NCBI GenBank assembly: GCA_963662545.2
Contig: CAXXLL010000003.1
Location: 992,001 to 1,056,000 of the forward strand
Reading direction: 5' to 3'
DNA: 64,000 nucleotides
From: Gammaproteobacteria bacterium
GTDB lineage: Bacteria > Pseudomonadota > Gammaproteobacteria > Ga0077536
Shown here piece by piece: positions 58,339 to 64,000 of the stretch; the first letter of the stretch is position 1; each line of letters begins with the position of its first letter. The notes under the pieces were generated by a model. That model was not told where the DNA came from, made no database searches, and saw only the letters and a program-made list of their open reading frames with translations. A program made the translations under genes and the position numbers.

Positions 58339-59244
58339 ATGCGCCACCTTATGGCATTGATGCTCGGCGTATGTTTCGCCCAGTTTTCTCACCACGCTCC
58401 CGCTGCGGACGTCGATCCGCTCGCTGTGACTGAGCGGACTCGCTACAGCCGGCTTGATGTGGTTTCAACTACGCCGGCGCCGTCTTCCGCTCCGTACGCA
58501 CCCTCACAGCGACGCCTTAACGCCCCCGCGACGGACCGTGGTGAGAAGTGCGGGCTGGACGCGAATGACTTAATGATCCCGACGATCGCGCTGATCATTG
58601 ACGATTTGGGCAATCGTCACCGCCAAGACCATGCCGCCATCGCTCTCCCCGGACCGCTGGCGTATGCAATCCTGCCGTTTTCACCGTTCGCGACGGAACT
58701 TGCGGTGGCGGCGAATTCCTCGGGAAAAGAAGTGTTGCTGCACCTGCCAATGGAAGCGGAAGAGAGCAATCACCTGCTGGGCCTAGGTGCGCTCGATACG
58801 GACATGCCGCGCGACGCCGTCCCTCACCTGAGCGGGGTGAATAATCACATGGGGAGCCGCCTTACTCGGGATCTCGAACGGATGAGGTGGCTCATGGCGG
58901 AACTTCGAAACACGGACAATCTCCTTTACATCGACAGCAGAACGACACCTAAATCCGTCGCCCGGCAGGCTGCTGCAGAAGCCGAGATCCCGTTCGTTGC
59001 GCGCGACATTTTCCTTGACAACCGACGGGAGACTTCCTACATCCACGCGCAAATCGATGCGCTCATCGCGCACGCGCGCAGCAGGGGAGACGGCGTGGGT
59101 ATTGCCCATCCCTACCCCGAAACCATTGCGGTTCTGGTCGAGCGACTCGAAATGCTGGACGACGTTCGGCTGGTGTCACTATCTACGCTTCTTGGGCAGC
59201 GCGAGTGCAGGCGCACGAACGGCATTTCGAAGGTTTCACATTGA
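58339..59244 (+). CDS. divergent polysaccharide deacetylase (YibQ family), probable internal in-frame deletion
   Basis: IALIIDDLG, LLHLPME, NNHMGS, DSRT, RDIFLDN and IAHP. Confidence 0.9.
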   Translation: MRHLMALMLGVCFAQFSHHAPAADVDPLAVTERTRYSRLDVVSTTPAPSSAPYAPSQRRLNAPATDRGEKCGLDANDLMIPTIALIIDDLGNRHRQDHAAIALPGPLAYAILPFSPFATELAVAANSSGKEVLLHLPMEAEESNHLLGLGALDTDMPRDAVPHLSGVNNHMGSRLTRDLERMRWLMAELRNTDNLLYIDSRTTPKSVARQAAAEAEIPFVARDIFLDNRRETSYIHAQIDALIAHARSRGDGVGIAHPYPETIAVLVERLEMLDDVRLVSLSTLLGQRECRRTNGISKVSH

Positions 59245-59302
59245 AACCTAAACAATTTCGAAAGATGCGTTAAGGAGCCTCTGAAAACCGGATTCCAGGC
59301 CG

Positions 59303-60976
59303 CTATTTCCCGCGTCCCATCAAAGCCGCAAATGTCGCGATTACACCCAGCGCACCGAATATCCATACGCTCAACGGGAACGGACCGATCATCTGGGCGA
59401 ACGCACCCTTAATGTCAAAGAGGATGGCTGAGCATATGACGAAACCGACGCCGATCAAGGCCAGTACCACGCGGCGATGGAACGTATGGATCTCGCGCCG
59501 TATTTCGGCGAGTTGAGGATCGTGAGTTTGAACCTTGAGCCGTCCGGACTTTATCTGGTCGAAAATATCGACTGTGAGTCCCGGTAATTCGGGCAATCGA
59601 TCAGCCCATCGAGGAACAGATTGTCGCACTGAACTCATCAGGCGCCTCACGCCAACGCGATCGATCATGAATCGTTCGAGCGAGGGCCTGGCCGCACGCC
59701 ACAAATCGAGCTCCGGATACAGCTGCCGGCCGATACCCTCGACATTCACTAGCGTTTTTTGCAGCAGAAGCAACTGCGGAAGAATCTCCATGTGAAATCG
59801 CTGCGCCGTTTGAAATAATCGCAGGAGCAGATTACCGATCGAAATGTCTTTCATTGGCCGGTCGAAAATTGGCTCGCACACCGCGCGAATCGCAAATTCG
59901 AATTCATCAACGCGAGTATCCGGCGGCACCCAGCCGGATTCGACGTGCAGCTCTGCAACTCTGCGATAGTTGCGGTCTAGAAACGCTGAAAAATTTTCCG
60001 CCAGATAACGCTGATCGAATTCACTCAAGGATCCCATGATGCCGAAATCGACCAGGACAAAACGCGCCGCGCCGCCATCGTCGGACGGAATGATGAACAC
60101 ATTACCGGGATGAAGATCGGCGTGGAAAAAATGATCGCGAAATACCTGCGTAAAGAATATTTCGATACCACGCTCCGCCAGGGATTTCAGATCTACGCCC
60201 GCGCGTTCGAGGCCTTCACGATCGTCTATGCTCAATCCGGTGACCCGCTCCATGACGAGGACATTCTGGCGCGTGTAATCCCAGTACACGTCTGGTACAT
60301 ATATCATCTTCGAGTCTTCGAAATTGCGGCGTAGTTGAGACGCATTCGCCGCCTCGCGCATCATGTCCAGCTCATCAAGTATCGTTTTTTCGAACTCGGC
60401 GACGACGATGGTCGGTTTCAGGCGCTTTCCTCGCGCCCAGTAGCGTTCAGCGAGATCCGCGAGCACGTACATGAGAGAGATATCCTGCTCGATTGTGCGG
60501 CGCAAATTGGGGCGCACGACCTTCACAATCACCTCTCGGCCATCAAGTAGACGCGCCGCATGGACCTGAGCAATGGATGCGGAAGCGAACGGTTCCTCGT
60601 CGAACGACTTAAAGACTTCGGTCAGGCTTTTCCCGTAGGCCTTTTCGACGATAACTCTCGCCTGAGAGCCGGGGAACGGCGGTACCCTGTCCTGGAGCTT
60701 GGAGAATTCGTCTGCGATTTCGTCGCTCAATAAGTCACGGCGTGTCGATAAGATTTGCCCGAATTTCACAAACAGCGGACCGAGATCCTCAAGTACCGCC
60801 CGTATGCGCTCCGCACGCGGACTGTAGTCGCGTCGGCGCCAGTTCCATGGCAAAAGATACAGTACGAAACTGAGCGAGCTCAGCAATGGGGTCGAGAATA
60901 TGATCTCGTCGAACCCATGCCGGATCAGGACACGCTGAATGGCGAAGATCCTGAAAAACTGCCCGAGCGAGATCAT
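59303..60976 (-). CDS. ubiB: ubiquinone biosynthesis kinase-like protein
   Basis: LGPLFVKFGQILSTRRD, ASASIAQVH, FFHADLHPGN and DFGIMG. Confidence 0.97.
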   Translation of the reverse strand: MISLGQFFRIFAIQRVLIRHGFDEIIFSTPLLSSLSFVLYLLPWNWRRRDYSPRAERIRAVLEDLGPLFVKFGQILSTRRDLLSDEIADEFSKLQDRVPPFPGSQARVIVEKAYGKSLTEVFKSFDEEPFASASIAQVHAARLLDGREVIVKVVRPNLRRTIEQDISLMYVLADLAERYWARGKRLKPTIVVAEFEKTILDELDMMREAANASQLRRNFEDSKMIYVPDVYWDYTRQNVLVMERVTGLSIDDREGLERAGVDLKSLAERGIEIFFTQVFRDHFFHADLHPGNVFIIPSDDGGAARFVLVDFGIMGSLSEFDQRYLAENFSAFLDRNYRRVAELHVESGWVPPDTRVDEFEFAIRAVCEPIFDRPMKDISIGNLLLRLFQTAQRFHMEILPQLLLLQKTLVNVEGIGRQLYPELDLWRAARPSLERFMIDRVGVRRLMSSVRQSVPRWADRLPELPGLTVDIFDQIKSGRLKVQTHDPQLAEIRREIHTFHRRVVLALIGVGFVICSAILFDIKGAFAQMIGPFPLSVWIFGALGVIATFAALMGRGK

Positions 60977-61641
60977 TTGTCCTGGCGCCTGCCCGACGCG
61001 AAATTTCGTACGCGCGCTTCGAAGCGATCTACATCATCCGTTAAGATGAACACGGCACGGTATAGACGGTCGACGTCACGGCGCGTTGGCAGCACATGAG
61101 CTTCGATCTGCAGATACTCCGAGAGGTCCTGTTCGAGGTGTTCCGAAGTTTTGCGTCCGAAGGAAGCAAGCGATCGAAAAAGACGTCCAGCTTGATGCGC
61201 AGCTACATCGCCGATAGTGCGCGAAAGAATATCCTCCCAGTCTATTTGCAGTTCCGATAGGAGGGCCTGAACGCTTTGCGCCGTCGCGAGGTCACCGCTG
61301 ATCTCGATCCGCCCCGCTCCGATCGAATCACCGCGCTTACTCGCCCTGGCGTAGGCAATGAAATCGCCGATTCTTCCGGTGACCTGTACGTCGACCGGCC
61401 CTTCATATTTTTCTAGCAGCCGAATGCCCTTGGCAGACGGCGCCACGAAAGTGCTTAAATCGGTATTCTTTATGCGCAGGGCGACGACGCGGCCGTCTAG
61501 CCCTGAGAGCCTTTCCGCCGCGCCGTCGTCACTCATCAGCAGTTCGCTAACGGCCCGCGATATCTGATCTGCGAAGAACTGCTCCATCTTCGATTTCAAA
61601 GCATCGGTGGCAATGTGATCGTATGGAGGTTCGTTCCGCAC
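60973..61641 (-). CDS. ubiJ: ubiquinone biosynthesis accessory factor (SCP2 domain)
   Basis: IEISGD, IDWEDILS..IGDVAAH and SEYLQ.E; ubiE-ubiJ-ubiB synteny. Confidence 0.92.
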   Translation of the reverse strand: MRNEPPYDHIATDALKSKMEQFFADQISRAVSELLMSDDGAAERLSGLDGRVVALRIKNTDLSTFVAPSAKGIRLLEKYEGPVDVQVTGRIGDFIAYARASKRGDSIGAGRIEISGDLATAQSVQALLSELQIDWEDILSRTIGDVAAHQAGRLFRSLASFGRKTSEHLEQDLSEYLQIEAHVLPTRRDVDRLYRAVFILTDDVDRFEARVRNFASGRRQDK

Positions 61642-61648
61642 CTATCTA

Positions 61649-61785
61649 CCGTTCGTCCATAAACGTCATTATTTCTCTCGCAAAGGCGCAAAGACGCTAA
61701 GAAAAAAGTGAGTATATTAACGACCATCACTTATCACTTTGCGTTCTTTGCGTCTTGGCGAGAGTTACTCTTTCTGGATGGAGAC
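61649..61785. mobile_element. 137-bp MITE with ISNCY-like ends enclosing a CGCAAAG-repeat hairpin
   Basis: Ends CCGTTCGTCCATAAAC and (reverse complement) GTCTCCATCCAGAAAG versus ISNCY GTGTCCGTCCATAAAC; flanked by TATCTA / TATCCA; hairpin at 61675-61764. Confidence 0.75.
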
Positions 61786-61805
61786 TATCCAGCAACTCCG
61801 GCGTT

Positions 61806-62552
61806 TCAGTACTTACGGCCGACATGTATCGCCACCACGCCTGCCATGATGTCGTAATATCGTACGGCTTCGAAAGCGGCCTTTTCCAGCATGTAACGCA
61901 AGGCATCCTGATCTGGATGGACCCGTATCGACTCGGCGAGATACCGGTAGCTATCAGCGTCATCAGCCACGATGCGGCCGAGCGTTGGCAGCACGCGAAA
62001 TGAATACCAATCGTATATTCGGGATAGTACAGGTACTTTTACGGTCGAAAATTCGAGTATCACCGCACGCCCACCCGGACGCAGTACGCGATACATCTCT
62101 TCCAGGGCGGTCGATCGTCGAGTTACGTTACGCAAACCGAAACCGATGATCACGCGGTCGACACAGTTTGAGTGCAGGGGTATCGCCTCCGCACTCCCCT
62201 GTATATATTGGATACTTCGAACGATCCCCCGGTCGATCGAGCGATCCCGGCCGCGATTCAGCATCGCGGCATTAATATCACATACGACGATCTCCGCACG
62301 ACCCCCCGTGCGTCGGTCGATCAACCTCGCCAAATCGGCAGTTCCGCCGGCTAGATCCAAGACAATCTGACCAGCACGCGCATCCAGAATATTCACGGCA
62401 AATCGCTTCCACAGTCGATGCAGTCCGACCGACATCAAATCATTCATCAGATCATAGCTGTCGGCCACCGAATCGAATACACCTTTGACTTTGAGTGATT
62501 TGGCTTCCGCCGTTACGTGTTCGAATCCGAAAAAGGTGTTGTGTTTCTTCAT
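61806..62552 (-). CDS. ubiE: ubiquinone/menaquinone C-methyltransferase
   Basis: VFDSVA..YDLMNDLMS.GLHRLWK, LDLAGGT, FGLRNVT and YLAESI. Confidence 0.97.
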   Translation of the reverse strand: MKKHNTFFGFEHVTAEAKSLKVKGVFDSVADSYDLMNDLMSVGLHRLWKRFAVNILDARAGQIVLDLAGGTADLARLIDRRTGGRAEIVVCDINAAMLNRGRDRSIDRGIVRSIQYIQGSAEAIPLHSNCVDRVIIGFGLRNVTRRSTALEEMYRVLRPGGRAVILEFSTVKVPVLSRIYDWYSFRVLPTLGRIVADDADSYRYLAESIRVHPDQDALRYMLEKAAFEAVRYYDIMAGVVAIHVGRKY

Positions 62553-62571
62553 GAGCACCGTGCCAGGCGGC

Positions 62572-62940
62572 TTAACCCGCATCTTCCCGACGTTTTTGCC
62601 CGGCGGCTTCCAGGGCTTCGAGGTATCGTTGCCAGAATTCATCGCGGTTAGCCCCAAGTTCATACAGATAGTCCCAGGTATAAAGTCCGGTATTGTGTCC
62701 GTCGTCGAACACCAGCTTTACTGCATAATTTCCCATGGGCTCGATCTCGCGAATGTTGACCCTCTCTTTACCGACCTGCAGCACCGCCTGTTCAGGACTG
62801 TGCCCGCGCACTTCCGCCGACGGCGAGTGGACCCGCAGATATTCACAGGACAATTCAAACACCTGGCCGTCTTCGAAAGAGATTTCGAGTATTCGCGACT
62901 GTTGGTGAAGCTTAATGTCGGTCGGCAGGTGTTCGGGCAT
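62572..62940 (-). CDS. DUF971 / gamma-butyrobetaine hydroxylase-like N-terminal domain protein
   Basis: LSCEYLRVHSPSAEVRGH and GNYAVKLVFDDGHNTGLYTW; hslU-DUF971-ubiE synteny. Confidence 0.93.
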   Translation of the reverse strand: MPEHLPTDIKLHQQSRILEISFEDGQVFELSCEYLRVHSPSAEVRGHSPEQAVLQVGKERVNIREIEPMGNYAVKLVFDDGHNTGLYTWDYLYELGANRDEFWQRYLEALEAAGQKRREDAG

Positions 62941-62963
62941 GGTCAGCCGCCCCTCATAGGCAG

Positions 62964-63147
62964 GTTCTTAGTGGTTGAACTACCAAGCAGACTTATTACG
63001 GAACGGCACAATAAAACAAAACCACAGAGATCACATAGAAATACATTAGTTTTGTGACCTGTAAACGGCCTTCTTTCCCTCTCTTTGTGTCCTCTGTGAT
63101 CTCGCTGGTTCATTGCGACAGTATTTAGGAACTGGCGGCTTAAGAAC
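62964..63147. mobile_element. 184-bp MITE-like element enclosing a CACAGAG-repeat hairpin
   Basis: Short ends GTTCTTA / TAAGAAC; arms AACCACAGAGATCACATAG (63020) and CTCTGTGATCTCGCTGGTT (to 63110); partial second copy at 56857. Confidence 0.7.
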
Positions 63148-63164
63148 TGACCTGTGAGCCGCCC

Positions 63165-64000
63165 TTAAAGGATATATTTGGTGAGATCGTCGTCTGCTGC
63201 CAGTTTGGCGATATGAGTGTTGACATATTCCGCGTCTACGGTCACACGCTGGCCCTCGATTCCAGGCGCCGTGAACGACAGCGCCTCCAGCAACTTTTCC
63301 ATCACGGTATACAACCGTCTTGCGCCGATATTCTCGCTTCGTTCATTGACTTCGAAAGCAATTTGCGCGATCTGAGCAATGCCGTCCGCGGTGAACTCCA
63401 GACTGACGTTCTCCGTGGCCATTAATGCTTTGTATTGACGGCTTAGCGAGGCATCTGGCTCGGTCAGTATTCTTATGAAATCATCGACGGAAAGCGGTGA
63501 CAGCTCGACCCGGTTCGGCAGCCGCCCTTGGAGCTCCGGAATTAAATCGGCCGGCTTCGCGTAATGGAACGCCCCCGAAGCGATGAACAAAATATGGTCC
63601 GTTTTAACCATCCCGTGTTTCGTACTGACTGTGCATCCTTCAACCAAAGGAAGCAGATCGCGCTGCACGCCTTCTCTGGAAACATCCGGCCCGGTCGTTT
63701 CAGCGCGGCGTGCAACTTTGTCTATTTCGTCGAGAAAAACGATTCCGTTCTGTTCTACACTTTGCAATGCGCGCGCGCGGATATCGTCTTCATTGATTAA
63801 TTTCGCTGCTTCTTCTTCGACGAGCATTTTGCGGGCGTTGGGGATGTTCAAGCGGCGGCTGCGTTGCCGGTTCGTGCCCAGGTTCTGGAACATGCTCTGG
63901 AGCTGACTCGTCATCTCCTCCATGCCGGGAGGAGCCATAATTTCCACTCCGATGCTCGGTGAGCTCACCTCGATTTCGATTTCCTTCTCGTCGAGCTGCC
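63165..64000 (-). CDS. hslU: ATP-dependent protease ATPase subunit HslU (3' part)
   Basis: [31 protein letters not shown] and ENIGARRL. Confidence 0.98.
   Translation of the reverse strand, partial: QLDEKEIEIEVSSPSIGVEIMAPPGMEEMTSQLQSMFQNLGTNRQRSRRLNIPNARKMLVEEEAAKLINEDDIRARALQSVEQNGIVFLDEIDKVARRAETTGPDVSREGVQRDLLPLVEGCTVSTKHGMVKTDHILFIASGAFHYAKPADLIPELQGRLPNRVELSPLSVDDFIRILTEPDASLSRQYKALMATENVSLEFTADGIAQIAQIAFEVNERSENIGARRLYTVMEKLLEALSFTAPGIEGQRVTVDAEYVNTHIAKLAADDDLTKYIL

Noticed and set aside
59231-59249. AGGTTTCA-CAT-TGAAACCT hairpin as a bidirectional terminator
   Set aside because: Weak AT-rich stem overlapping the stop codon, with no U-tract.

Overview
This window is mostly core chromosome of a GC-rich Gammaproteobacterium. 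In order it carries: rplJ'-rplA-rplK-nusG-secE-tRNA-Trp-tuf-tRNA-Thr/Gly/Tyr; tsaC-purE-topA-smg-dprA-tsaP(LysM); def-fmt-rsmB-DUF4390-ntrY-ntrX-trkA-trkH; pyrD and trmL; a 22.5-kb permuted MSHA type IV pilus cluster; gpsA-secB-rhodanese; gpmI-envC-ctpA-yibQ; and ubiB-ubiJ-ubiE-DUF971-hslU'. The pilus cluster has a 1686-aa MshQ-like adhesin first, an O-oligosaccharyltransferase-like gene directly after the major pilin, and mshI split by an IS. Full-length mobile elements are two copies of a 1697-bp ISNCY element (6-bp YAGCTA duplications; one copy interrupted by an intact IS66, the other with a 60-bp internal duplication) and an IS630. The least-explained signal is intergenic. Many spacers hold small non-coding elements: IS-end-derived MITEs of 37-266 bp, and inverted-repeat hairpins built from periodic 7-9-nt units (AAAGYAG, CGCAAAG, CACAGAG), some nested inside IS-like shells. 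No CRISPR array or rRNA was seen. All calls are by eye; no database searches were run.
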